From an uncultured Gemmatimonadales bacterium (GTDB taxonomy: Bacteria; Gemmatimonadota; Gemmatimonadetes; Longimicrobiales; Gaopeijiaceae), in NCBI GenBank assembly GCA_963823035.1, contig CAWGKG010000004.1, positions 416,001-480,000 on the forward strand: a stretch of 64,000 nucleotides of DNA. The letters run 5' to 3'. Positions within the stretch are counted from its first letter, which is position 1, and every line of letters starts with the position of its first letter. A program made the translations under genes and the position numbers. Shown here piece after piece: positions 11,344-21,882 of this stretch. The notes below the pieces were generated by a model that was not told the DNA's origin, did not search any database, and saw only the letters and a list, made by a program, of their open reading frames with translations.

Positions 11344-12184
11344 ATGAGCAAGCCCGACTGGAAGGAAGTGAAGAAGTACGAGGACATCACCTACCACAAG
11401 TGCGACGGCGTGGCGCGCATCGCGTTCGACCGGCCCGAGGTGCGCAACGCCTTCCGTCCCGACACCCTCCTGGAGATGCAGGAGGCCTTCAGGGACGCGG
11501 GCGAGGACATCGACATCGGGGTGGTCCTGCTCACGGGGAACGGGCCCGCGAAGGACGGGAAGTACGCCTTCTGCGCCGGGGGCGACCAGAAGGTGCGCGG
11601 GGAGGCGGGCTACGTCGGGAAGAGCGGCGTGCCCCGCCTGAACGTGCTGGAGCTGCAGCGCTACATCCGGTCGATGCCCAAGCCCGTGATCGCGCTCGTG
11701 GCGGGCTACGCCATCGGCGGCGGCCACGTGCTGCACGTCGTGTGCGACCTCACGATCGCGGCGGACAACGCCGTCTTCGGGCAGACCGGTCCGATCGTCG
11801 GGTCGTTCGACGGCGGCTTCGGCTCGTCGTACCTCGCGCGCATCGTCGGGCAGAAGAAGGCGCGGGAGATCTGGTACCTCTGCCGCCAGTACTCGGCCGA
11901 GGAGGCCCGCGACATGGGGCTCGTGAACGCCGTCGTCCCCGTGCAGGAGCTCGAGAGACGAGGGTTGGCGATGGGCGCAGGAGATCCTCGACAAGAGCCC
12001 CCTCGCGATCCGCCTGCTGAAGAGCGCCATGAACGCCGACGTGGACGGCCAGGCCGGCCTGCAGGAGCTCGCCGGCAACGCGACGCTGCTCTTCTACATG
12101 ACGGAGCAGGGGCAGGAGGGGAAGAACGCCTACGTGGAGAAGCGGAAGCCGAACTTCCGCAAGTACAAGTGGCTGCCCTGGTAG
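11344..12184 (+). CDS. menB: 1,4-dihydroxy-2-naphthoyl-CoA synthase, frameshifted near 11960
   Basis: [47 protein letters not shown], ending [12 protein letters not shown]. Confidence 0.96.
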
Positions 12185-12199
12185 GCGCGCGTCGCCTGG

Positions 12200-13060
12200 G
12201 TGCTCGCGTCGCGCCCCAAGACGCTCACGGCGGCGGCCGCGCCGGTGGTCGTGGGCACGGGGCTCGCCGCCTTCCACGGCGTGGCGGCTACGCTGCCCGC
12301 GATCGCGGCGCTGGTGGGGGCGCTCCTCATCCAGATCGCCACGAACCTCGCGAACGACTACTACGACTTCGTGCGCGGCACGGACACGCACGAGCGCGTC
12401 GGGCCGCTGCGCGTCACGCAGGCCGGCCTGCTCTCCCCGGCGGCCGTGCGGGGAGGGATGATCCTCACGCTCGCCCTGGCCTTCGCGGTGGGGCTCTACC
12501 TGGTTGCGGTGGGCGGGTGGCCGATCGTCTGGATCGGCCTCGCCTCGCTCGCGTGCGCGGTGCTCTACACGGGCGGCCCGTTCCCCCTCGCCTACCACGG
12601 CCTGGGCGACCTGTTCGTCTTCGTCTTCTTCGGCCTGATCGCGGTGGCGGGCACGTACTACGTCCAGGGGCTCGCCTGGCCGCGCGACGCCCTCGTGGCG
12701 GGCTCGGCGATGGGCGCCCTCATCACGGCCATCCTGGTCGTGAACAACCTCCGCGACCTCGACACGGACCGGAAGGCGGGCAAGCGCACGCTGGCCGTCG
12801 TCCTGGGGCGTAGGGGCACGCGCGCCGAGTACGTCTTCCTGCTCGCGGTGGCCTTCGTGGCCCCCCTCGTGGGGATCGCCCGCTTCAGCTGGCCGCTCGC
12901 CACCGCCGCCACGCTGGTCACGCTTCCGCTCGCCGTCCCTCCCGCACGCCGTGTGCTCGGCCACGTCGAGCCGCGGGAGCTGCTGCCGGCGCTCGGCGAG
13001 ACCTCCCGGGTGGTGGCGATCTACGGCGCGCTGCTCGGCCTGGGCCTGGCCCTGGGATAG
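12200..13060 (+). CDS. menA: DHNA polyprenyltransferase (true start probably slightly upstream)
   Basis: [45 protein letters not shown]. Confidence 0.95.
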   Translation: MLASRPKTLTAAAAPVVVGTGLAAFHGVAATLPAIAALVGALLIQIATNLANDYYDFVRGTDTHERVGPLRVTQAGLLSPAAVRGGMILTLALAFAVGLYLVAVGGWPIVWIGLASLACAVLYTGGPFPLAYHGLGDLFVFVFFGLIAVAGTYYVQGLAWPRDALVAGSAMGALITAILVVNNLRDLDTDRKAGKRTLAVVLGRRGTRAEYVFLLAVAFVAPLVGIARFSWPLATAATLVTLPLAVPPARRVLGHVEPRELLPALGETSRVVAIYGALLGLGLALG

Positions 13061-13066
13061 CGCAGC

Positions 13067-14386
13067 ATGGACGATCCCGCCGACTTCCTGGCCGAAGCGG
13101 CCGGGCGCTGGCCGCAGCGGCGCGCCCTGTCCGCGCCGGGTCGCTCGTGGAGCTTCGCGGCGCTCGACGCCTGGGTCGGCGAGCTGGCCGCGCGGATCCG
13201 GGCGGAGGATCGTCCCTCCTCCGGGGACGTTCTCGCGCCGGTCGTCGAGCCGACACCCGAGGGCGTCGCCGCGGTGCTGGCCGCCACACGCGCCGGCCTG
13301 ACCGTGGCACCCCTCAACCCCGCGCTCACCGAGGCCGAACACGACGCGGCGCTGCGCGGCCTCACGGGCCCCCGCGCGGACGGGATGGCCGTCCTGTGGA
13401 CGTCGGGCACCTCGGGCACGCCACGCGGCGTGGTGCTCGGCGCGGACAACCTGCTCGCGAGCGCCCTCGCGTCGCAGCGGCGGTTGGCGCTCGGGGAGGA
13501 CGACCGTTGGCTGGCCTCGCTCTCCATGGCGCACGTCGGAGGGCTGGCCCTGGTGACCCGGGCGCTGATCCTGGGCTCGGAGATCGTCGCCTGGGGCGCG
13601 TTCGACGCCGGGCGGGCCTCCGCGCTGATCGACGAGGGGAAGGTCACGCATGCCTCGCTCGTGCCCACGCAGCTCCGTCGCCTCCTCGACGCGCGCGGCG
13701 GCCGGCCCGCCCCGGCGACGTTCCTCTGCGCCCTGATCGGCGGCGCGCACGCGCCCCCGGACCTCGTGGAGCGCGCGCTCTCCGAGGGGTGGCCGATCGC
13801 CCTCACCTACGGGATGACCGAGATGACCTCCCAGGTGGCGACGGCGCCTCCCGAGCTCGTCCGCGAGAAGCCGGGCACCGTGGGCGCGCCGCTCGACGGC
13901 GTGGAGGTGCGCATCGCGGACGGTGGCGAGGTCCTCGTGCGCGGGCGGACCCTCGCGCACGGGCTGATCGGAGCCGCGCACCCCCTGGTGGACGACGCGG
14001 GGTGGTACCGGACGGGAGACCTGGGCCGGCTGGACGGGGAGGGGCACCTGTGGATCACGGGTCGTGGCTCCGACCGCGTGGTCACCGGCGGCGTCACCGT
14101 GGATCCGCGCGAGGTGGAAGCGGTGCTACGCGCCCATCCGGCCGTCGTGGACGTGTGCGTGGTGGGGCTCGCGGACGCCGAGTGGGGGGAGAAGGTCGCC
14201 GCGGCCGTGGTGCCGGTGGAAGGTGCCTTCGACCTCGAGGACGTCGACGCCTGGAGCCGGGCCCACCTGGGGCCGCCGCGCCGGCCGCGACGTTGGCTCC
14301 TCCTCGACGCACTCCCGCTCAACGCGAACGGGAAGGTGGATCGCGAAGCGGTCCGGAGGCGCTTCCAGGAGCCCCTCCGGACCTGA
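13067..14386 (+). CDS. menE: o-succinylbenzoate-CoA ligase
   Basis: WTSGTSGTPRGV, HVGGL, TYGMTE, YRTGDLG, NANGKVDR; last gene of the men cluster. Confidence 0.88.
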   Translation: MDDPADFLAEAAGRWPQRRALSAPGRSWSFAALDAWVGELAARIRAEDRPSSGDVLAPVVEPTPEGVAAVLAATRAGLTVAPLNPALTEAEHDAALRGLTGPRADGMAVLWTSGTSGTPRGVVLGADNLLASALASQRRLALGEDDRWLASLSMAHVGGLALVTRALILGSEIVAWGAFDAGRASALIDEGKVTHASLVPTQLRRLLDARGGRPAPATFLCALIGGAHAPPDLVERALSEGWPIALTYGMTEMTSQVATAPPELVREKPGTVGAPLDGVEVRIADGGEVLVRGRTLAHGLIGAAHPLVDDAGWYRTGDLGRLDGEGHLWITGRGSDRVVTGGVTVDPREVEAVLRAHPAVVDVCVVGLADAEWGEKVAAAVVPVEGAFDLEDVDAWSRAHLGPPRRPRRWLLLDALPLNANGKVDREAVRRRFQEPLRT

Positions 14387-14408
14387 CTTCGCGCGGCCCG
14401 CGCTCGGC

Positions 14409-15140
14409 TCAGCGTGCCCGCTGCCTGTGCGGGATGCCGACCGTGACGCCCAGGCGGAAGGCCGTCAGGTTCGCCTCGCTCGTGTTCGGCAGCACCGTGA
14501 TCGACCCGTCGGGGTGATCCACGATGTCGCCCTTCGTGAGGAAGCTGGCCACGCCGTTCTGGTGGCGCTCCACGCCGAGGTCGAGCCATACGGGGGTCCG
14601 CCCGCTCGACACGCGCAGGCGCACGCCACCGCCCGCCCGCCAGGCGAACATCCCGTCCGAGTAGTTCGTCGTGTTGGCGAAGCTCTCACCGTTGTTGTCG
14701 CCGGAGAGCGACGTCTGCGTGCCGAAGTACGAGAAGCCGAAGGAGGCGTTCACGTACGGCTCGATCGGCCCGGTCATGAGTACCAGCTCGGGCCCCAGCC
14801 CTCCGTAGAGGATGGCGTTCGTGGTGTTCATGTCGAGCTCGATGCGGCAGCCGACCGGGACGCTGAAGCACACGGACCGGTGCTCGTTCCCGTAGACCAG
14901 GAAGCCGAAGTCGGCGCGCAGGCGGAGGCGCCCGGACGGCTCCATCGGAATCGCGCCCCAGAGCTGGCCACCCCACCCGTTGTCGAAGTACGTCCCCAAC
15001 TGACCGACCGGGTCCGCTCCCACGAAGCTCCCACCCACGTATCCGGCAGGCATCCCGTCGCGCTGCTGCGCGTCCAGGCCACCCGCGAAGACGGCCAGCG
15101 CCGCCAGCGTTCCCGCCAGGCGCTTTCCACCGTGTCTCAT
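14409..15140 (-). CDS. Outer-membrane beta-barrel protein (OmpA/OMP-beta-brl-like)
   Basis: Signal peptide ending LDAQ; alternating beta-strand pattern; PYVNASFGFSYF; C-terminal FRLGVTVG. Confidence 0.65.
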   Translation of the reverse strand: MRHGGKRLAGTLAALAVFAGGLDAQQRDGMPAGYVGGSFVGADPVGQLGTYFDNGWGGQLWGAIPMEPSGRLRLRADFGFLVYGNEHRSVCFSVPVGCRIELDMNTTNAILYGGLGPELVLMTGPIEPYVNASFGFSYFGTQTSLSGDNNGESFANTTNYSDGMFAWRAGGGVRLRVSSGRTPVWLDLGVERHQNGVASFLTKGDIVDHPDGSITVLPNTSEANLTAFRLGVTVGIPHRQRAR

Positions 15141-15316
15141 CGTCGTCTCCCTGTGAAGAAGGTCGTCCCCTCCACAGGGTGATACAGGCACGGGGCGTGC
15201 CCGGGCTCATCGACCGGCGGGATCCTCTTGTCGGAGAACGGGTTGGCCCGGCTGCGGCCAACCCGCGCGCGCGGCCGACATGTCCTCGCTGGGGGACACG
15301 TCTCCGCGTCGAGACG

Positions 15317-17035
15317 TCAGCGCCCGCCCATCGCTCCTCCCCGCGTGCCGGCGACGATGAACATCCTTCCCGAGTGCGCGCCGGACACCGCGCTCCACGC
15401 CGACGTGAGGAGGAGGTCGATCGCGCCGTCGCCGTCCACGTCGCCCACGCCGGTCGCGTCGAAGCCGAGCGTCTCCCCCATCACCTTCCCGGTGAGCGTG
15501 CGCAGCAGCGATCCGTCCGCGCCCGAGTAGAGGTAGACCTTCCCACCCGACGGCGCGGCCTCGTGGTTCTGCCACGCGCCGACCACCAGGTCGGCGTGCC
15601 CGTCGCCGTTCACGTCGCCCGCGTCCGCCACGCCGATCCCGAAGCCGTCGCCCGCCGCCTCGCCGGTGAGCGTATAGATCCGGTGGCCGTCCGCGCCCGA
15701 GTGGACGTAGAGCCGCCCTGCGCCCTGCAGCCCGTCCTTGCCGTTGCCGGGCCAGTCGGAGGCGTACACGTCGGTGACGCCGTCGCCGTCGACATCGCCG
15801 ACGGCCGACACGAACATCCCGCCGAGCTGCGCTCCCTCGGGGTCGGAGTCGATCACGAAGGAGGGCTGCTCGGCCAGCCGCTGGTAGACGTACACGCGCC
15901 CGCGGTCGCCCTCACCGGCACCGGGCGCGCCGACGATGAGCGTCATGCGCCCGTCCCGCATCCCGCCGCCGCTCGTCGAGCCGAAGCGGTCGCCGGCCTC
16001 CTCCCCGGTGAGCGTGAGCAGCGCCGAGCCGTCGGCACCCGAGAAGACGTAGGCGCGACCGGCGTCCTGTCCCGCCGCGTCGTTGAGCGGCGCTCCGACC
16101 ACGAAGTCGGCGTGCCCGTCGCCGTTCACGTCGCCCAGGTCGGCCACATGCTGGCCGAACGCCTCGCCGGACTGCCGTGCGGGGACCTCGAGGAGCACGC
16201 GGCCATCGTTCCCGGAGAAGACGACGGCCCGGTCGCCATACGGCGCCCCCGCCAGCACGTCCGGGGTCCCGTCGCCGTTCACGTCACCGGCGGCCTCCAC
16301 CCCCAGCCCGAGCTGATCGCCGGGGTGTCCCTCGGCGCTCCACAGGAGCGCGCCGGTACCGGAGGAGTAGACGTACACCTTTCCGGTCGCGCTACCGTCG
16401 GGCTTCGCCCCCCAACTGGGCGCCGAGGTCACGACGTCGTGCACGCCGTCGCCGTCCACGTCGCCGATGTCGCGTGCGATCCACCCGAACTGGTCGCCCT
16501 TGCCCTCACCGCGCCACTCCCGGAGGATGCGCGCCGGCTCCACGAACGGGTCGTCGTACTCCGCCGCGGACGGCAGAAGGGCCTGGTAGCGCGGATCGTC
16601 GCGGAGGATGTCGCCCGCCGGGTCGAGATCGACAGCGGTGACGTCCATCCCCGCGTCCCTGGCGCGCGTCAGCCACGCGAACGCCCGATCGAGGTGGCCC
16701 GCCTGCGCCTGCGCCATCCCGCCCTGCAGGAGGGTGCCCCCTGCGTTGGGACGCAGCGGCACGGCCTTCTCGTACGCGGCCACCGCCGCGGGGAAGTCCT
16801 CCAGGCCGCGCAGGCTGTAGCCCAGGAGCGCCCAGGCCAGCCCGTTGTCGGGGTGGCTCGCCGTCACCTCGACCAGCACGTCGCGCGCGGCCGCGAGGTC
16901 GCCCGAGGCCATCGAGCCCTGCGCGGCCTGCAGGGCGTGCTGGACGTCAGGATCGCTCGACTGCGCGGACAGGGGGCCCCACGCGGGCACGCAGAGCACG
17001 AGGGGAAGGGCGACTCGGACGAGGCGTCGGATCAT
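15317..17035 (-). CDS. Secreted TPR + FG-GAP (integrin-alpha-like) repeat protein
   Basis: Signal peptide, TPR-like helices (AWALLGYSL..AVAAYEKA), six GD(V)(D/N)GDGxxD loops with FG/GAP motifs. Confidence 0.88.
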   Translation of the reverse strand: MIRRLVRVALPLVLCVPAWGPLSAQSSDPDVQHALQAAQGSMASGDLAAARDVLVEVTASHPDNGLAWALLGYSLRGLEDFPAAVAAYEKAVPLRPNAGGTLLQGGMAQAQAGHLDRAFAWLTRARDAGMDVTAVDLDPAGDILRDDPRYQALLPSAAEYDDPFVEPARILREWRGEGKGDQFGWIARDIGDVDGDGVHDVVTSAPSWGAKPDGSATGKVYVYSSGTGALLWSAEGHPGDQLGLGVEAAGDVNGDGTPDVLAGAPYGDRAVVFSGNDGRVLLEVPARQSGEAFGQHVADLGDVNGDGHADFVVGAPLNDAAGQDAGRAYVFSGADGSALLTLTGEEAGDRFGSTSGGGMRDGRMTLIVGAPGAGEGDRGRVYVYQRLAEQPSFVIDSDPEGAQLGGMFVSAVGDVDGDGVTDVYASDWPGNGKDGLQGAGRLYVHSGADGHRIYTLTGEAAGDGFGIGVADAGDVNGDGHADLVVGAWQNHEAAPSGGKVYLYSGADGSLLRTLTGKVMGETLGFDATGVGDVDGDGAIDLLLTSAWSAVSGAHSGRMFIVAGTRGGAMGGR

Positions 17036-17117
17036 GGAGGGTCTCCGGGATCGGGTTCGGGTCCGGGGGAACGTACGTCCGTCCAGGTCGCCGGTTTCGA
17101 TGCAACGCTTTCGGATC

Positions 17118-17146
17118 TCATGTCATCAACTATACTGTGAGACATG
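17118..17146 (+). promoter_or_regulatory. PadR-2 promoter (-10 TATACT) flanked by inverted repeat TCATGTC...GACATGA
   Basis: TATACT 17131-17136, 7 nt before ATG 17144; arms at 17118-17124 and 17140-17146. Confidence 0.6.
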
Positions 17147-17494
17147 ATAATGAACCCTGACGATCTGCTCCCGCTGAGCCCGCCGGTCTACCACGTCCTG
17201 CTGGCGCTCGGGGACGACGCGCTCCACGGCTACGCGATGATGCAGGCCTTCCGGGAGCTGACCGGTGGCACCGAGCACCTCCTTCCCGGAACGCTCTACG
17301 CGACGCTGGCCCGCATGGTCGAGACCGGCCTGATCGAGGAGACCGATCCTCCCGAGGTCGGCGCGGACGCGCGGCGTCGCTACTACCGGGCGACCGCGTT
17401 CGGCCGGCGTGTCGCGGCGGCGGAGACCGCACGCATGTCGCTCCTGGTCGAGGTGGCGCGATCGCGCCGCTTCGCGCGGGAGGACGCCGGATGA
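17144..17494 (+). CDS. PadR family transcriptional regulator
   Basis: PLSPPVYHVLLAL, HGYAMMQ, PGTLYATLARM, RRRYYRAT. Confidence 0.95.
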   Translation: MIMNPDDLLPLSPPVYHVLLALGDDALHGYAMMQAFRELTGGTEHLLPGTLYATLARMVETGLIEETDPPEVGADARRRYYRATAFGRRVAAAETARMSLLVEVARSRRFAREDAG

Positions 17495-20258
17495 CCGACG
17501 CCCGGCTGCCTCGCGCACTCTTCGCGCTCTCGCTCCGTGCCTTTCCGCCGGCGTTCCGGCGCAGGCACGCGGCGGAGATGCGCGCCGACTTCGCCGCCGA
17601 CCTGGCCCGGAGGGCCGAGATCGGCGTCCGCGCGGCGGCGGCGTTCACGCTGCTGGCGTCGTGGGACGCGATGCGTCAGGGGCTGAAGGAGCGGACGCGG
17701 CGGGGATCCCCGCCGGGACATGGAAGCCAGCGACCCGATGAGGGGAGGAGGGGTGGAATGCTCGAAGGACTCGTGGGAGACGTGCGGCTCGGAATCAGGG
17801 CGGTGAGGCGCGCTCCGGGATTCACGGCCGCCGCCGTGATCGTGCTGGCGCTCGGCATCGGCGCGAACACCACCGTGTTCAGCGCGCTGAAGATGGCCCT
17901 CCTCACGCCCCTTCCGTACCCCGGTGCCGATCGGCTCGTGATGTTCGATCTCACGTTCCGGCGCTCCGGCGAGGGTGCGGCGCGCCCCTCCGTGTGGTCC
18001 TACCCCAAGTTCCAGGCGCTGGTGGAGGCGGACGACCGGCCGGTGGACCCCGTCGTGGGCTACGCGCAGCGCAACGCCACGCTGAGCGAGCCGGGGGATC
18101 CGGCCCTCGTCCCCGTCGAGCTCGTCTCGCCCGGCTACTTCTCCCTCCTGGGGATGGATCCGATCCTGGGCCGCGGCTTCGGTCCCGACGAGGGCGACGC
18201 CGCGGACCCACGCCTCGTCGCCGTGCTCTCCTACGGAAGCTGGCGCACCCGATTCGGCGGCGACCCGGAGGTCGTCGGCCGCACGGTCACGCTCAACGGC
18301 AAGCGCGTGGACGTCGTGGGCGTGGCGCCTCCCGGCTTCGAGGGACTCACCGGGGGCTCGACGTTGTGGGTGCCGATGGCCTCGGCCGCCGAGCTCTTCA
18401 ACCGTTTCATGATCACGGGCGCGCAGGCGCACTGGCTCCACGTCGTCGGCAGGCTCCGCGACGACGTCACGCTCGACCGTGCCCGGGCGCAGGCTACGTC
18501 GATCGGCGACGCGATCGCCGAGCGCTTCCCGTTGGAGGACTCGAACAGCGTCTACGGCGCGGACGTGCGCGCGCTCGCGGACGTACGCGTCAACGAGGGG
18601 GCGCGGGCCGCTGTCCTCCTCCTCTCGCTCGCCGCGGCGCTGGTCCTGTTGGTGGCGTGTGCGAACCTCTCGGGGCTGCTCCTCGCACGCGCCAAGCGGC
18701 GCGCCCGCGACGGCGCGGTGCGCCTGGCCGTCGGCGCGTCTCGCTGGCGGCTCGTGCGGGGCTCGCTCGTGGAGAGCGCCGTGCTCGCTATCCTGGGGGG
18801 AGGCGTGGGCGTTCTCGTCGCGCTCTGGGGGACGCGGGCGATGGCGGCGGCCTGGCCCGCCCGCTTCCTGAGCAGCGGTGACGGGGAGATGCGGGTCACG
18901 GACCCCGCGTCCCTCACCCTCGATGGGACGGTCCTCGGCTACGCCCTCCTCGTCACGGCGTTGACCGCGCTGCTCTTCGGGGTGGTGCCGGCGTTGCGCG
19001 CCTCGAGGGGCGATCTGGTCGGTCGCCTCAAGGAGGGCGGAGGCTCCACGCGTCGGGGCCGGCGCGTCCTCGGCCTCGATACCCGCGGCGCGCTGGTGGG
19101 CGCCCAGGTGGCGCTCGCCCTGGTGCTGCTGGTCGGCGCGGCCCTCCTGGGGCGCAGCACGCAGCGCCTCCTCGACGTGGACCTGGGCTTCGACGCCCCC
19201 GACCTCCTCACCTTCGGCTACTCCATCCCGAGGACGAGCGCCTGGGCCGACGACGCCTCGGCGTTCCACGCCCGCTTCCTCGAGCGCGTGGCGGCGCTCC
19301 CGGACGTCGAGGGCGTGAGCGTCGGCACGGCGCCGCTCTCGGGCCACTGGTCGATCACCCTCGTGCAAGACGTGCCGGGGCGGCCGGCGATCGCGGAGGG
19401 GGAGGGCCCGCCCATCGGCATCCACCTCGTGGGTGACGACTACTTCCGGACGCTCGGGGTGCCCGTGCTGTCCGGCCGCGCCCTGGACACGCGCGACGGG
19501 GTGGGAAGGGAGGCGCACCTCGTCCTGAGCGAGACGGCGGCGCGCCGCATCTTCGGCGAGGAGGATCCCATCGGCCGGCGCATCCGGGTCGGCATCTCGG
19601 CGGACGACAAGGACGCGTACGCCGTCGTGGTCGGTGTGGTGGGCGACGTCCGCTACAACCGCCCGGACGAGGACGTCCTTCCCGAGGCGTACTACTCGAG
19701 CCGGGAGTTCGGCGACCGTACGGTGAGCGTGCTGGTGCGCACGAGCCGGCGACCCACGCGCGGTGCTTCCGGCCGTGCGCGCCGAGCTCGCCGCCCTCGA
19801 CCCGCGCCTGCCGATCTTCGCGGTGTCGACGGGAGACGACCTCATCGCGGCCGCCGCGGGCGACCGGAGGATCGTGCTCGCGCTGCTCACGCTCTTTGCG
19901 CTGGTGACCGTCCTCCTGGCCGCGACGGGTACGTGGGGGATCGTCGCCTACGCGGTCGCCGAGCGGCGGCGGGAGCTGGGGCTGCGCATCGCGCTGGGGG
20001 CCGAGAGCGGGCGCATCGTCGGGATCGTCCTCGGGCAGGAGCGTGGCCGTGGCCGTCGTGGGGGTCGCCCTGGGCCTGGCGGGCGCCTGGGCCGCCTCGC
20101 GGCTCCTGACCACCTTCCTCTTCCAGACGAGCACGCTCGATCCACTCGCCTATGCGGGAGGGGCCGCGCTCCTCCTCGCCGTCGTGCTGCTGGCGAGCTG
20201 GCTGCCGGCGCGCCGCGCCACGCTCGTCGACCCCTCCGAGGCGCTGCGGGCGGAATAG
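17491..20258 (+). CDS. ADOP-type duplicated ABC permease, frameshifted
   Basis: DVRLGIRAVRRAPGF, LGIGANTTVFS, VACANLSGLLL, RRRELGLRIALGA, DPSEALRAE*; frameshifts near 19760 and 20040. Confidence 0.92.
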
Positions 20259-20450
20259 CTCCGCGCGTCCTCGCGGCGCCGCTCCGGGAGCTTCCGCCGG
20301 AGCGGCGCGCCGCGGTGATGCTTGCGTCGCCGGCCCTTGGAACGAAGAGTAGGGGCCTCGGGGCGCTCTCCGCCGGTCCGCGCTCGCGCCGGCCGGCACC
20401 TTCACCGCCCCGTCTGCCCATCCACCGACCCCAACACCGGCGAGGCACCC

Positions 20451-21719
20451 ATGTCGGGCTCGGGACTCGAATTCCTGACGGACCTCCTTCCGTGGTCGAA
20501 GCGCCGTCCACGGATCTTCATCAGCTATCGCCGTCGCGGTGACAGCGCCGGCTTCGCGGCTCGCCTCGCGGACCGGCTGGTCGCGCATTTCGGCGACGAG
20601 CAATGCTTCCGCGACATCGAGGACATCGAGTCGGGGATGGACTTCGTGGAGGCGATCGAGGACGCCGTGGCGTCCTCGCGCGTCATGGTGGTCGTCATCG
20701 GAACGGACTGGGTCACGGTCAAGGGCGCCGACGGCCGGCGCCGACTCGACAACCCCGACGACTTCGTTCGCATCGAGGTAGCCACCGCGCTGCGCCGCGG
20801 TATCCGCGTGATCCCGGTTCTCGTGGCGGGGGCCACCATGCCCACCGGCGAGGGCCTGCCCGACGAGCTCCAGGGCCTCTGGCGCCGGCAGGCACTCGAG
20901 CTGAGCGACAGCCGGTGGGACTACGACGTCGGGCAACTCACGTCGGCCATCGAGGGGATGGGGATCCGCAACAAGCAGAAGCGGGCGGCCACGGTGCTCG
21001 CGCGCAGGCTCCGCTGGGGAGGGATCGCCGCGGCCGTGGCCGCGGTCGTGCTCTTCGGGATCGGCGTGATCGTCGACAATCTGGACACGCTCCGAGGCGG
21101 TGCCGAGCCGAACACCCTCCTCGACGCCGGCGCGGCGATCCAGTCGCCCGCGCAGGATGCGGGTGTCCAGGGGTCGGTGGATCCCGCGCCCCGGGACATG
21201 CGGGATGTGGCCTCCGAAACGGTGCGCCAGCCCTCGATGCAGTCGTCGCCTCCCCCCGCCGAGGAGGTCCCCGCCCGGCGGGTAGCCCCGCCACCGAGCG
21301 CGGTGGACCGCTACCGCGACGCGCTCGTCGAGGCCATCGACGAGGGCAACGAGGCGCAGAACTACGCCCAGGAGACCCTCGACATCTCGGCGCTGGCCGA
21401 CATCTTCACGGGCGCTGCGCTCCAGATGAACGTCCTCGCCGTGGGGCGGCTCTATCAGGGGGGCGAGCTGTCGTTCAACACGCTGCTCTCCCAGCGCTTC
21501 GGCGAGTTCCGCATCGATCCGACGGAGACGATCGCGCAGGTAGACGTCGTGGAGCGGTGGAGCGCCGAGCATCGGAGCGCGATCACCGGGGCGTGCATGC
21601 ACCGCATTCCCCCGGCCGACGTGCCGCAGACGGTCCATCTCCGGCGCAACGGGGCCTATTGGGTCATCGAGAACATCACCGGGGAAGCCTTCACCGAGCC
21701 CGACCCGGTGGGCTGCTGA
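20451..21719 (+). CDS. TIR-domain single-pass membrane protein with C-terminal extracytoplasmic domain
   Basis: IFISYRR, FRDIEDIESGMDF, VVIGTDW, DDFVRIEVATAL, VIPVLV (TIR_2-like); TM WGGIAAAVAAVVLFGIGVIV; Pro-rich linker; intact ORF. Confidence 0.9.
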   Translation: MSGSGLEFLTDLLPWSKRRPRIFISYRRRGDSAGFAARLADRLVAHFGDEQCFRDIEDIESGMDFVEAIEDAVASSRVMVVVIGTDWVTVKGADGRRRLDNPDDFVRIEVATALRRGIRVIPVLVAGATMPTGEGLPDELQGLWRRQALELSDSRWDYDVGQLTSAIEGMGIRNKQKRAATVLARRLRWGGIAAAVAAVVLFGIGVIVDNLDTLRGGAEPNTLLDAGAAIQSPAQDAGVQGSVDPAPRDMRDVASETVRQPSMQSSPPPAEEVPARRVAPPPSAVDRYRDALVEAIDEGNEAQNYAQETLDISALADIFTGAALQMNVLAVGRLYQGGELSFNTLLSQRFGEFRIDPTETIAQVDVVERWSAEHRSAITGACMHRIPPADVPQTVHLRRNGAYWVIENITGEAFTEPDPVGC

Positions 21720-21882
21720 CGGAGGTCGGACGGCAGGCCGTCGGGGCCCTTCGACCGGACGCCGGCATGCGCCGGAGGATGCGGTCCCGACAACTACGGA
21801 GCCCGTGCGGGGATCTTCCCCACCGGCCCCGGGCCGCCCTCCCCGACAGCCTCCGCCGGCCGCATCCTGGCACCTTTTCTCC

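Noticed and set aside
15317..16500. Nucleotide repeats such as gtcgccgttcacgtc as a DNA repeat element
   Set aside because: Explained by the FG-GAP protein repeats
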